Shown piece by piece: positions 29,951 through 40,217 of a stretch of 64,000 nucleotides of DNA. The first letter of the stretch is position 1. Each line of letters begins with the position of its first letter. The DNA is from Longimicrobiales bacterium (lineage in GTDB: Bacteria > Gemmatimonadota > Gemmatimonadetes > Longimicrobiales > Gaopeijiaceae). Made by a program: the position numbers and the translations under genes. The notes beneath the pieces were generated by a model. It searched no databases. It saw only the letters and a program-made list of their open reading frames with translations, and was not told the origin of the DNA. The stretch is from positions 726,324-790,323 of the forward strand of contig OZ252251.1 in assembly GCA_965249725.1 (NCBI GenBank). The letters run 5' to 3'.

Positions 29951-31021
29951 ATGGCATTCATGGACGACAACGAAGCAGTCGGCGCGGCCACCGGGACGGA
30001 TGAGCTTCAGCTCGACAGCCCAGATGACATCGACCTCGCCGACCGGATGAAGGCCGGGCGAGAGAGGATCCTGTCCGAGATTCGCAAGCTCATCATCGGC
30101 CAGGAAGAGGTCATCGAGCAGGTGCTCCTCTCCCTGTTCGTGGGTGGAAACAGCCTTCTGCTGGGAGTGCCGGGTCTCGCCAAGACGCTGCTCATCCACA
30201 CGGTCGCGGAGGTGCTGGACCTGAAGTTCTCCAGAATCCAGTTCACACCCGACTTGATGCCGTCCGACATCACCGGCACGGACATCATCCAGGAGGATTC
30301 TGAGACGGGGCGGCGCAGCATGGTCTTCGCGCCGGGTCCGATTTTCGCGAATATCGTCCTGGCCGACGAGATCAACCGCACGCCACCCAAGACCCAGTCG
30401 GCGCTTCTGGAGGCCATGCAGGAGCACCGGGTGACGGTGCAGGGCGAAACGTACACACTGGAAGAGCCCTTCTACGTCTTCGCGACTCAGAATCCCATCG
30501 AGCTTGAGGGGACCTATCCCCTTCCCGAGGCGCAGTTGGACCGCTTCATGTTCGAGATCGTCATCGAGCACCTCTCCGAGGACGAGGAGCTCGACGTGGT
30601 ACGCACCACCACCGGGATCCAGGACCCGCAGTTCAGCCACACGGTCACGGGTCCCGACCTGGTGTCCTTCCAGCGCTTGGTGCGGAAGGTCCCGGTGCCT
30701 GATGCGGCGCTGCGCTACGCCGTGAGCTTGGTGCGAGCCAGCCGGCCGAGCCCCAACGGTGAGTCCCCAGACTTCGTCAACAACTGGATCGCCTTCGGCG
30801 CGAGCGTACGCGCGGCTCAGTACCTGACTCTGGGCGCGAAGGCTCGCGCCCTCACTCAGGGGCGGTACAACGTGAGCTTCGAGGACATTCGGGCGCTGGC
30901 ACATCCCGTGATGCGCCACCGCATCCTCACGAACTTCCACGCGGAGTCTGAGGGCGTCACGTCAGGCGAGTTGGTGGACAAGCTGCTTGAAGCCGTCCCC
31001 GCGCCCACTTCGGGTCTCTAG
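29951..31021 (+). CDS. MoxR-family AAA+ ATPase
   Basis: GVPGLAKT, RIQFTPDLMPSD, LADEINR, ATQNPIE, LPEAQLDRF. Confidence 0.95.
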   Translation: MAFMDDNEAVGAATGTDELQLDSPDDIDLADRMKAGRERILSEIRKLIIGQEEVIEQVLLSLFVGGNSLLLGVPGLAKTLLIHTVAEVLDLKFSRIQFTPDLMPSDITGTDIIQEDSETGRRSMVFAPGPIFANIVLADEINRTPPKTQSALLEAMQEHRVTVQGETYTLEEPFYVFATQNPIELEGTYPLPEAQLDRFMFEIVIEHLSEDEELDVVRTTTGIQDPQFSHTVTGPDLVSFQRLVRKVPVPDAALRYAVSLVRASRPSPNGESPDFVNNWIAFGASVRAAQYLTLGAKARALTQGRYNVSFEDIRALAHPVMRHRILTNFHAESEGVTSGELVDKLLEAVPAPTSGL

Positions 31022-31033
31022 GAGCCCGGGTCC

Positions 31034-31957
31034 GTGGCAGTCCGAGCTCGTTCGGGATTCCAGGCTAGCGGGGCACAGTTCCTGGATCCGGCCGTTTTGG
31101 GCCGGATCGACAACCTGGAACTGTTGGCGCGTACCGTGGTGGACGGCTTCCTTCACGGACTGCACCGCTCCCCGCACCTAGGGCTGTCCCTGGACTTCGC
31201 GGAGCACCGGGCGTACATGCCGGGCGACGACATCCGGCGTATCGACTGGCGTCTTTTCGCGCGCACCGATCGCTTCTACGTGAAGCAGTTCGACGCCGAG
31301 ACGAGCGCCAACTTCGTCGTGGTTCTCGACGTTTCCAAGTCCATGAGCTTCGGCACTCACTCAGCCACGAAGCTCGACTACGCACGCTATTTGGCCGCCG
31401 CCCTGGCCTATTTCTCTCAGAAGCAGCGGGACCGCGTGGGGCTCGTCACGTTCGACCACGACATCGTGGACTGGGTGCCGCCGTCCACTCGACACCTCGA
31501 GTTGATTCTCCACAGCCTGGCCCGCGCCGAGCCTGGAAAGCCCGGTACTCTTCGTGATCCTCTGATGCAGGTCGGAGAGAACCTGACGAGCCGCGGCGTC
31601 ATCCTGCTGCTTTCAGACTTCTACGAAGAGCCGCAGCAGGTCATCGAGTCCGTTCGACACCTGCGAGCACGAGGCCACGACGTCATCGTCTTCCACGTCC
31701 TGGACCCCGCCGAGCTCGATTTTCCGTACGAGAGCCCGGCCAGCTTCCAGGACCTCGAGAGTGAGACGATGATCCCGATCGTTCCCGACGAACTCGCGGG
31801 GGAGTACCGCCAACTGGTCGGTGAACACACGGCGGAGCTGGAGCGCCTCTTCACCGGAAGTCGCATCGACTACACGGTCGTCGACACCTCAAGGCCACTC
31901 GACTTCGCGCTCTTCCGCTATCTGTCGAGCCGCGAGAAGATGAGCAGGGTGCGCTGA
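31034..31957 (+). CDS. DUF58 (VWA) protein
   Basis: GLHRS, FAEHRAYMPGDDIRRIDW, DVSKSM. Confidence 0.95.
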   Translation: MAVRARSGFQASGAQFLDPAVLGRIDNLELLARTVVDGFLHGLHRSPHLGLSLDFAEHRAYMPGDDIRRIDWRLFARTDRFYVKQFDAETSANFVVVLDVSKSMSFGTHSATKLDYARYLAAALAYFSQKQRDRVGLVTFDHDIVDWVPPSTRHLELILHSLARAEPGKPGTLRDPLMQVGENLTSRGVILLLSDFYEEPQQVIESVRHLRARGHDVIVFHVLDPAELDFPYESPASFQDLESETMIPIVPDELAGEYRQLVGEHTAELERLFTGSRIDYTVVDTSRPLDFALFRYLSSREKMSRVR

Positions 31958-34077
31958 TGGGTTGGCTCGCCCCGCTGTTCTTTCTCGGCCTCGCGGGGCT
32001 GGCAGTGCCCGTGTTGGTGCATCTCACGGAGCGGCAGCGCCGCAACGTGGTGGAGTTCCCGTCGCTCATGTTCCTCCGGAAGATTCCCTACCGCTCGGTG
32101 CAACGACGGAAGATCCACCACTGGGTGCTGCTCCTCATCCGGGCCGCGGCCCTGGCCCTGCTGGTGGCGGCCTTTGCTCGCCCGTTCTTCCAGAACGCCG
32201 AGATTGCCGTCGGATCGACGCTCGGTCCCCGTGAGATGGTGATCGTACTCGATCACTCCTACTCGATGGGCTTCGGCGATCGTTGGGAGAGAGCCACAGC
32301 GGAGGCACGTGGGCTCGTGTCGAGCCTCGGCGCCTCGGATCGGGCCAGCCTGGTGCTGCTCGGGCAGGGGGCGGCGGCCGTCGTCCGGTCCAGTGCGGAT
32401 CACCAGCGGCTGCTCGCGGCCTTGGACACTGCGGTTGTGAGTCCCTACGGCACTCGGTTCGGGCCGGGGCTGAAGCTCGCCCAGACCATCTTGGATGAAT
32501 CCGAATTGGGGAACCTCGAGGTCGCCATCATCAGCGACTTCCAACGCTCGGGTTGGTCGGGCGACGAAGGCGTGACGCTGCCACGGGGGACTGTGGTGAA
32601 CACGCACGAGATTTCCGACGAGGAGACTCCGAACGCGACGGTAGCGTCGGTCACGCTGCGCCGCGACTTCTTCTCGGGCCGTGAGCGCATGACCGCAATC
32701 GCCCGCATCACTCGACGCCAAGGCGGCGACGCCGTGGACGTGCCCGTGGTGCTCGAAGTCGATGGCCAGGAGGTGCAGAGCCGGGACGTCCGCCTGGATC
32801 CGACGGGGTCCGCGACCGTCACGTTCGATCCGTTCACGCTCTCGGAGTCCTATACGCGTGGTACCGTCCGCCTGGGCCCCGACCAACTGCCGCAGGACAA
32901 CGAGCTGCATTTCGTGCTGTCGCCCGGACGAGCGCTGCGCACCCTGATCCTCGAAGGCACGGGCGCCCGCTCCGAGGCGAGCCTTTACATGCGGCGGGCC
33001 TTGGAGATCAGCGAAGAAGCGGCGTTTCAGGTCGACGTACGTCGCTCCACGAACGTCGGCACGGCCGATCTGGACGCGACCGCCGTCGTCGTGCTGAACG
33101 ACGTCCGCTCTCCGCAGGGGGCGGTCTCGGATCGCTTGCGGACCTTCGTCGAGAACGGTGGGGGCCTGCTCGTCGTGCTCGGGGAGCGGACCACGTGGCA
33201 GGCGAGTATGGAAGACCTGATGGCGGGTCAGTTCGGCGCCGCCATGGACCACAGGAGCGTCGCCCGGCTCGGGTTCCTGGACTACACGCACCCAATCTTC
33301 GAGGTGTTCGGCGGTCCCCGAGGCGGAGACTTCGCCCGGGCTCGTTTCTTCCGTTCCCGCGCGATCACCGTCGGTCCGGAGGATCAGGTGCTGGCGCGCT
33401 TCGACGACGGCTCGGTCGCCCTGGTCGAGCGTCGGATAGGACAGGGACGTGTGTTGGTTTGGGCCAGCACTCTAGATGCGTTTTGGAACGATTTGTCGGT
33501 GCAACCGGTTTTTCTGCCCTTCATGCATCAGGTCGTTCGCTACCTCGGGGGCCACCGCGAGCGCGTGCCATGGTTCGCGGCGGGTCAGGTGCTAGACCTT
33601 GCGGATCCCGAAGGATCGGCGTTCGCGACGGGGCTGGATGAGGAGTTCGCACTTGATGTGGAGCAGGTCGCACTCACCCCGGGCGGCGGTAGTGTTTCGC
33701 TGCCCGCAGGAGCGGCGACACGATTCCTCGCCCTGAACGAGCAGGGCTTCTATCAGGTCCGCCAGCCCGGCTCGGATCCGACCCGGCCGTTCACCGTTGC
33801 GGTGAACGTGGACGTGGCCGAGTCCGAACTCGAGGCGATGGATCCGAGTGAGTTGGCGGGGTCGATATCTCCTCGGGAGGCGGACGCCGGGGCGGCGGTT
33901 GCGGGGCTCTTGCCGGCCGAGGTCAGGGCACAGGACCAGGAACGACGGCAGTCGCTCTGGCGGCTCTTGTTGGTCGGGGCGCTAGTTCTGTTGTTGACGG
34001 AGACCGCTGTTTCGAACTGGCTTTCTCGTGGTGTGACGAAGAGATTCGAGGAGGGGAGAGAAAATGTACAAGGGTAA
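31957..34077 (+). CDS. BatA N-terminal + VWA domain protein
   Basis: PVLVHL...FPSLMFL...FARP BatA motif; DHSYSM MIDAS. Confidence 0.9.
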   Translation: MGWLAPLFFLGLAGLAVPVLVHLTERQRRNVVEFPSLMFLRKIPYRSVQRRKIHHWVLLLIRAAALALLVAAFARPFFQNAEIAVGSTLGPREMVIVLDHSYSMGFGDRWERATAEARGLVSSLGASDRASLVLLGQGAAAVVRSSADHQRLLAALDTAVVSPYGTRFGPGLKLAQTILDESELGNLEVAIISDFQRSGWSGDEGVTLPRGTVVNTHEISDEETPNATVASVTLRRDFFSGRERMTAIARITRRQGGDAVDVPVVLEVDGQEVQSRDVRLDPTGSATVTFDPFTLSESYTRGTVRLGPDQLPQDNELHFVLSPGRALRTLILEGTGARSEASLYMRRALEISEEAAFQVDVRRSTNVGTADLDATAVVVLNDVRSPQGAVSDRLRTFVENGGGLLVVLGERTTWQASMEDLMAGQFGAAMDHRSVARLGFLDYTHPIFEVFGGPRGGDFARARFFRSRAITVGPEDQVLARFDDGSVALVERRIGQGRVLVWASTLDAFWNDLSVQPVFLPFMHQVVRYLGGHRERVPWFAAGQVLDLADPEGSAFATGLDEEFALDVEQVALTPGGGSVSLPAGAATRFLALNEQGFYQVRQPGSDPTRPFTVAVNVDVAESELEAMDPSELAGSISPREADAGAAVAGLLPAEVRAQDQERRQSLWRLLLVGALVLLLTETAVSNWLSRGVTKRFEEGRENVQG

Positions 34078-37000
34078 ACACAGGGCGGCGCGACACCTAG
34101 AGATCCTCCGCGTGATCGACCGGATCCGACGTCGCTGGCGTACGCGCATCGCGATGCGAGGCATGGCCATCGCGTTGGGCGCCAGCCTGACTGCCTTTCT
34201 GATCTCGGTATACGGCCTCGAGATCTTCCGATTCAGTGCCACGGCGGTAGTGACCCTTCGCATCCTCCTCTGGCTCGCCGTGATCGGCTTCGTAACCCGA
34301 TTCCTCGCCTGGCCCCTCGCGCGTCGCGTCTCCGACGAGCAGGCGGCCCTCTACCTCGAAGAGAACGAACCCTCCCTCGAGGCGGCCGTGTTGAGCGCCC
34401 TGGAGGCGGGCAACGGTGACCCGGGAACGTCCGATTCCCTCGAGCGCGGGCTGGTCGAAAACGCCCTGCATCGAGTCCGAAGGGTGGACTACGGCCGCGG
34501 GATCGAGCAAAAGGGGCTCTATCGAGCCTCGGGCGCCCTGGCCGCGGCCGCGTTGGCCACCCTGGTCCTCATGCTCTTCGGGCCGGCTCAACTCCGCCAC
34601 GGAGCCTCGGCCCTGCTCTTTCCCACGCGCGATGCGGGCACTGTAAACCCGTATGCCATCAACGTGGAGCCGGGGGACGTGACCATTGCGCGGGGGTCCG
34701 ATCAACTGGTGGCCGTCCAACTCTCGGGGTTCGAGAGCGACGAGGTCCGGATTTTCTTCAAGTCCGAGTCGTCCGACGGCTTCGACCAGCTCTCGATGCT
34801 CCCACAGGTCTTCGACGACCTCTCGATGCTCCCCGCCGATACGGAGGGCGTCGAGCTTCTCCTGCTCGGCCTCGACGAGAACACCGAGTACTTCGTGGAG
34901 TCCTCGGGCATACGTTCCGCCACCCATCGCATCGAGGTGGCCGATCTCCCTTACGTGGACCGACTCGAGTTGGAATATCACTTCCCGTCCTACACCGGGC
35001 TCGCTGTACGAACCGTCGAGGGAGGCGGCGACATCGCGGCCCTCGAAGGGACGGAGGTGAGGGTCAAGATCTTCCCCACCATGCTGACTCCGGGTGGGCG
35101 TCTCATCGTGAACGGCGAGGCCGCCGAGCTGACCGACGTCGGTGACGGAACCTGGTTGGGCACCCTTCAGGTGAAGCGCGAGGGCTACTACGAAATCGAG
35201 TTGGCCCGAGCCGACGGCGATCTGGTCCCCGCTTCGCCGGAGTACACCATCGACGTACTGACCGACCAGCCACCGGCGGTTTCGTTCTCCAAGCCCGGAC
35301 GCGACACGAGGGCGAGTCCCATCGAGGAGTTGTTCCTCGAGGCACAGGCCGACGATGACTATGGAATCTCCAACTTGGTCCTGATCTACTCCGCCAACGG
35401 TGAGCCCGAAGACACCGTCACCCTGTACGGCAGTAGCCCCACGCCCGAGGTCACGGCGGGGCACACGCTGTACCTGGAGGAATTCGGGCTCGAGCCTGGC
35501 GATCTGGTGTCGTACTACGCCCAAGCCAAGGACAACAACCGATCAGGAGGTGTCCGCACTGTCACGAGCGACATCTACTTCGTGCAGATCCGTCCCTTCC
35601 GCATCGATTTCCGCCAAGGTGAGCAGGCTGGTGGTGGCGGCGGTGGAGGTGGAGTTGCGATGGAAGAGGAGGGCCTTTCTGATCTCCAGCGGGAGATCGT
35701 CGCCGCGACGTTCAACCTGGTGCGCGATGAGGAGGAGCTCCCGAAGAGCGAGTTCGACGAGAACGTGGTCAGCGTGCGACTCGCCCAGGCTCGCGTTCGA
35801 GAGCAGGTGGCCGGTCTGTTGGAGCGTCTCCTAGCCAGGGGAATGGGCACGGACCCGCAGTTCCAGCGAATCGCAGAGCTCCTTCCCCAAGCCCTCGAGG
35901 AGATGGAGAACGCCGAGAGGATCCTAGGGGACGGTGAACCCAAGGAAGCCATCTCGCCCGAGCAGAAGGCCCTTCTCCACCTGCAAAAGGCAGAGGAGAC
36001 GTACGAGGCGGTCGTGCAGCAGGGTGGGCAACAAGGTGGCGGGGGCGGAGGGGGCGGTGCATCAGCCGAGGACCTCGCCGACCTCTTCGAGCTCGAGCTC
36101 GACAAGCTGAAGAACCAGTACGAGACCCTCGAGCGCGGCGAGCGACAGCAGGCCACCGAGCAGGTCGACGAGACCCTCGAGAAGCTCAAGGAACTCGCGA
36201 GACGCCAGCAGCAGCAGGCGGAGCGTCAGCGCCGTGCGGCACAACAAGGTGGTGGCGGCGGAGCCGCTGCGCGGGGTCAGCGTGAGCTCGCGGACGAGAC
36301 CGAGGAGGCCGCCCGCCAGTTGGAGCGGCTGGCTAGAGAGACGAACGACCAGCGCCTGATGGAGGCGTCGAGGGAGCTTCAGCAGGCGGCGGACGAAATG
36401 CGCCGCTCGGCTTCAGCGAGCGGGAACGCGGGCACGGCCGACGCCGCGTCCGCCCTCGACAGGCTCGAGGAGGCCCGCCGTCGGTTGGAGCGGGACCGCG
36501 TCGATCGACTGCGGGACGACGCCGAGGACGCTGCCCGGCGGGCAGAGGCGCTGGCAGAGGAGCAGAGGGAGATCCAGCGCCAGATGGACCGTCTCAACGA
36601 TCAGGAGGGCGCGGCCCTGCAGGAATCGGCCCGGCGCCTTTTCGAGCGCAAGGAGGCCATGACCGAGGAGCTCGGTGATCTCGAGAGCCAGATCGATCGG
36701 TTGAGTGCGGACGCGCGCGCGAGTCAGAGGGATGCCTCCGACCAACTGGGCGAGGCCGCCAACTCGATTCGTGACAACAAGCTCAAGGAGCGGGTGCGTT
36801 ATTCGCGTGGGCTCATCGGAACGGGAGACCAGGATTACACGCGCGAATTCGAATCCGAGACACAGCGTGGGCTAGACGAGTTGGAGGAACGCCTGGAGCG
36901 TGCCGTTGGCGCAGTAGGCGAGATGGAGGAGGACGGTCGGACCGAAGCCCTGGACCGCACTCGGGATCTGGTGCGCGGCATGGAATCGATGTCGCGACGT

Positions 37001-37636
37001 CTCGGGGAGCGCGGAGACCAGGGGCAGCAGCAGGGCCAGCAGGGCGAGGGACAACAGGGTGAGGGCCAGGAAGGTGAAGGCCAGGGTCAGGGTCAAGGCG
37101 AGGGCCAGGGTCAGGGTCAAGGCGAGGGCCAAGGTCAGGGTCAAGGCGAGGGCCAAGGTCAGGGCGAAGGCCAGGGACAAGGCCAGCAGGGCCAACAAGG
37201 TCAGGGCGGCGGAAACCAAGGCGGATTCGGCACCCCGGACGGATCGGGCGGCGGCCGTCGGCCGGGCAACGTCTCGCCCGGCGATGTCCGTCAGTTCAGG
37301 CGAGAGATCCGGGAGCGGGTCCAAGAGACACGGGAGCTCCAGCGGATCCTGGAGCAGGAGGATCTCGAGGCGCTCGACGGACAGCGACTCGACGAGGTCG
37401 TATCCGCCCTTCGCGAGTTGGACAGCGAGCGTGTCTACTCGGACCTAGCCGAGGTAGAACGGCTCCAGGAACAGATCCTGGAGGGGTTGAAACAGCTCGA
37501 GTTCGGACTTCGCCGAGAACTGGACGGCGAGGATCGCGATCGCGTCTTCGTCTCGGGTTCTGACGAGGTCCCGACGGGCTTCCGAAAGTTGGTGGACGAG
37601 TACTACAAAGCCCTGTCTCGGAATCCCGGGAACTGA
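34064..37636 (+). CDS. DUF4175-like membrane-anchored coiled-coil protein
   Basis: N-terminal TMs, DDYG motif, long coiled coil, G/Q tract, C-terminal VPTGFRKLVDEYYKAL. Confidence 0.85.
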   Translation: MYKGKHRAARHLEILRVIDRIRRRWRTRIAMRGMAIALGASLTAFLISVYGLEIFRFSATAVVTLRILLWLAVIGFVTRFLAWPLARRVSDEQAALYLEENEPSLEAAVLSALEAGNGDPGTSDSLERGLVENALHRVRRVDYGRGIEQKGLYRASGALAAAALATLVLMLFGPAQLRHGASALLFPTRDAGTVNPYAINVEPGDVTIARGSDQLVAVQLSGFESDEVRIFFKSESSDGFDQLSMLPQVFDDLSMLPADTEGVELLLLGLDENTEYFVESSGIRSATHRIEVADLPYVDRLELEYHFPSYTGLAVRTVEGGGDIAALEGTEVRVKIFPTMLTPGGRLIVNGEAAELTDVGDGTWLGTLQVKREGYYEIELARADGDLVPASPEYTIDVLTDQPPAVSFSKPGRDTRASPIEELFLEAQADDDYGISNLVLIYSANGEPEDTVTLYGSSPTPEVTAGHTLYLEEFGLEPGDLVSYYAQAKDNNRSGGVRTVTSDIYFVQIRPFRIDFRQGEQAGGGGGGGGVAMEEEGLSDLQREIVAATFNLVRDEEELPKSEFDENVVSVRLAQARVREQVAGLLERLLARGMGTDPQFQRIAELLPQALEEMENAERILGDGEPKEAISPEQKALLHLQKAEETYEAVVQQGGQQGGGGGGGGASAEDLADLFELELDKLKNQYETLERGERQQATEQVDETLEKLKELARRQQQQAERQRRAAQQGGGGGAAARGQRELADETEEAARQLERLARETNDQRLMEASRELQQAADEMRRSASASGNAGTADAASALDRLEEARRRLERDRVDRLRDDAEDAARRAEALAEEQREIQRQMDRLNDQEGAALQESARRLFERKEAMTEELGDLESQIDRLSADARASQRDASDQLGEAANSIRDNKLKERVRYSRGLIGTGDQDYTREFESETQRGLDELEERLERAVGAVGEMEEDGRTEALDRTRDLVRGMESMSRRLGERGDQGQQQGQQGEGQQGEGQEGEGQGQGQGEGQGQGQGEGQGQGQGEGQGQGEGQGQGQQGQQGQGGGNQGGFGTPDGSGGGRRPGNVSPGDVRQFRREIRERVQETRELQRILEQEDLEALDGQRLDEVVSALRELDSERVYSDLAEVERLQEQILEGLKQLEFGLRRELDGEDRDRVFVSGSDEVPTGFRKLVDEYYKALSRNPGN
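37020..37215 (+). repeat. Gly/Gln low-complexity coding repeat
   Basis: (GEGQGQGQ)n units. Confidence 0.9.
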
Positions 37637-37676
37637 TGGCTCACGCCCCGCGGACACCCACAGGAATGATCCAGTC

Positions 37677-38714
37677 ATGAAGATCGGCGTCTTGATCCTC
37701 AACTTCGGCGAGCCTGAGCACGCCACGCTCGAGGAAGTCGTTCCGTATCTGGAGCGGATCTTCCTTCGGAACGCGGCCCTGGAGTCCAAGGGAGGTGGAC
37801 CCGCGCGAGCCCGACAGCTCGCCGAGACCCGGGCCCCCGGATTGATCGAGGACTACGAGAAGATCGGTGGATCCCCTCTCAACGATCAGGCCCGAAAGCA
37901 AGTCCGCATGGTCCAGCTCGCGCTGAGGCGACGAGGGATCGACGTGATGTGCTATTCGGGCATGCAGTTCACGGACCCGTCGATCCTCACCGCCGTGCAT
38001 GATGCCAAGTCGGACGGAGTGGAGAAGCTGATGGCCCTTCCGGTCTATCCACTCTGCGGCATGTCGACGACCGTGGCCGCACTCGAGGATGTAGAGGCAG
38101 CTCTAGAGGAACTCGAGTGGGACGTGCCCCTTCGGGAAATCACCGGTTGGCACCGGCACCCCGACTACGTGCGTCTCCGCGCCGACAACATTCTGGAGTT
38201 CGTGAAGCAGCAAGGAATCGACCTTCACGCCACGGATACCAGGCTCGTATTCTCGGCTCACGGCACCCCCATCAAGTATGTGGAAGGCGGGCCCCGGTAC
38301 GTCGGCTATGTGGAGGAGGCGTGTCGTATGATCGCGCGCGGGCTCGGCACCAAGGACTACGTGCTCGGCTACCAGAACCATGCCAACCGAGGGGTGAAGT
38401 GGACCGAGCCCGAGGTGGACCATGTGATGAAGGGGCTCGAGGGAGCCCGAGTGGTGGTCGAGCCGCTCAGCTTCATGCACGAGCAGTCCGAGACCCTCGG
38501 TGAACTCGACAGCGACCTCCGAGAGGTCGCGGAAGTGGCAGGACTGGACTTCTATCGCGTGCCGGTCCCCCATGCCGACCCGCGCTTCGCCGCGCTTCTG
38601 GCCGATCTGATCGAAGACGCCCTGCGACCCGAGCCCATCATGGGAGAACTGGGCCTCCGCCGCTGTCTTTGCCGGGCGACGCCCCAGACGTTCTGCCTCA
38701 ACGCGGCCGACTAA
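37677..38714 (+). CDS. hemH: ferrochelatase
   Basis: GVLILNFGEP, IGGSPL, FSAHGTP, WTEP, ETLGELD. Confidence 0.9.
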   Translation: MKIGVLILNFGEPEHATLEEVVPYLERIFLRNAALESKGGGPARARQLAETRAPGLIEDYEKIGGSPLNDQARKQVRMVQLALRRRGIDVMCYSGMQFTDPSILTAVHDAKSDGVEKLMALPVYPLCGMSTTVAALEDVEAALEELEWDVPLREITGWHRHPDYVRLRADNILEFVKQQGIDLHATDTRLVFSAHGTPIKYVEGGPRYVGYVEEACRMIARGLGTKDYVLGYQNHANRGVKWTEPEVDHVMKGLEGARVVVEPLSFMHEQSETLGELDSDLREVAEVAGLDFYRVPVPHADPRFAALLADLIEDALRPEPIMGELGLRRCLCRATPQTFCLNAAD

Positions 38715-38738
38715 GCCAGCGACCTCGGGCCTTCGGCG

Positions 38739-40007
38739 CTAGGACGCCGTAAGACGACGTGCCAGCCGCTTCGCCTCGACGATGCGCCCGGCAATGCCCG
38801 GCCTGGCCGAATAGTTGGCGCAGAGGTGCAATCCCGCGGGAAGATCCAGATTCGGCATCGGGTCCCAGCTCTCGTCCCAAGCGGGCATCCGTGTGCGGGA
38901 GACCATGAGCGTCTCCGCCGCATAGCCCGTAACTGTCTCGAACTCCTCACAGGCGATCCGCCCGAGCTCTTCGTCGGGCCGGTCCACGATTGCCGGGTTC
39001 TTCATGCCCCCCAGGTACGCCGTGTAGAGCCCCGAACGCTTGAAGAGGCTGTGGTTCCACGTCACACCTCGCGTCTCGAAGTTCTCCCCCAAAGCCAATT
39101 GGTATCCGAGACCACGGAGATCCGCCTCGGAGCGCATGTGCACGACCGCCAGTGGGTTGTAGCGGATTCCGGCGAGAGTGCTCGCTCCCGCCTCAGACAC
39201 ACCCCCGAGGATCTTCGCGGCCTGGTCCGCCGGGCAGGTGAGCACCACGTGGGAGGCCCGAACCCGCTCGCCACCATCCAGAACGATCTCCCAACCATCC
39301 CCGCTCTCGCGAAGCGCTCGCACCGGGCTGTCCATATGCACCCTGTCGCCCAAGTGAGCCTGCAGCGCGCGAGGCAGGGCGGCGAGACCGTCGTGAAACG
39401 AGCAGGGTGGCGCTTCGTCGGCCCGACCACCGGCCGAAATCATCCGCCACAGGATGCTCCGCCCTACTCCCATGTTCTTCAAGGTGCGTGCCAGGCCGTG
39501 GCGGGCAGGCATCCGATCCGGATCCGACCCGTAGAGCCCTCCGTAGAGAGGGCCGAGAAGGTCACGATAGGCGACCTCGCCGAACTTCCTCCGCAGAAAG
39601 CCACCCGCCGTCTCATCGGGGCGGGGTCCCGCACGGAATGGTTCAGTCAGAATGCGGAGCTTGCTCGAGAGAGGAAGCAGGTCCGTGGAGACCGCCTGCC
39701 CCAAGGACAGGGGCGCCGTCCTGAGCTTTCCCCGGGTGTAGACGAACAGCGGAAGATCGACGGGCGCCGTGACCAGCTCTTCCGATAGCCCAACCGCCTC
39801 TACCAGATCGCGGAATCCCTCTGTGAGGCGGGCCCTCTGCGGCCCCAGCTCGACTTGTACTCCTCCGCAGTCCTGGGACCAGAGCACGCCTCCGGGTCGC
39901 TCGGACGCCTCCCAAAGCGTGACGTCCTCTCCCAGCCTCACGAGTTCGTGACCGAGCACGAGGCCCGAAATCCCGCCCCCCACGATTCCAATCAACTGGC
40001 TCTTCAC
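38739..40007 (-). CDS. hemG: FAD-dependent proto/coproporphyrinogen oxidase (HemY type)
   Basis: IVGGGISGL dinucleotide fold, ELGP, GLYGSDP; adjacent to hemH; start inferred. Confidence 0.85.
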   Translation of the reverse strand: MKSQLIGIVGGGISGLVLGHELVRLGEDVTLWEASERPGGVLWSQDCGGVQVELGPQRARLTEGFRDLVEAVGLSEELVTAPVDLPLFVYTRGKLRTAPLSLGQAVSTDLLPLSSKLRILTEPFRAGPRPDETAGGFLRRKFGEVAYRDLLGPLYGGLYGSDPDRMPARHGLARTLKNMGVGRSILWRMISAGGRADEAPPCSFHDGLAALPRALQAHLGDRVHMDSPVRALRESGDGWEIVLDGGERVRASHVVLTCPADQAAKILGGVSEAGASTLAGIRYNPLAVVHMRSEADLRGLGYQLALGENFETRGVTWNHSLFKRSGLYTAYLGGMKNPAIVDRPDEELGRIACEEFETVTGYAAETLMVSRTRMPAWDESWDPMPNLDLPAGLHLCANYSARPGIAGRIVEAKRLARRLTAS

Positions 40008-40217
40008 CCCCCCATTCGGCGCCGAGACTACTCTAGCCGGCTGTTGAAGAAGTACCGCGGTCCGCGAACTGACCCGTGGGAGTCTACTGCGTTGATCGGA
40101 AGTATCAACAACTGCCTGGTGAACGGCGACGCGGCCTTCCGATTCCGCCACCGACACAGTGTGTTTAGATTGTGCCCCCAAAGGTCGGCAACCCCCGTGT
40201 GAAGTGGATTCCTTGCG

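Noticed and set aside
29951..31021. MoxR as the NorQ partner of the NorB-like enzyme
   Set aside because: About 25 kb away, embedded in its own DUF58/BatA cluster, and has MoxR-proper motifs
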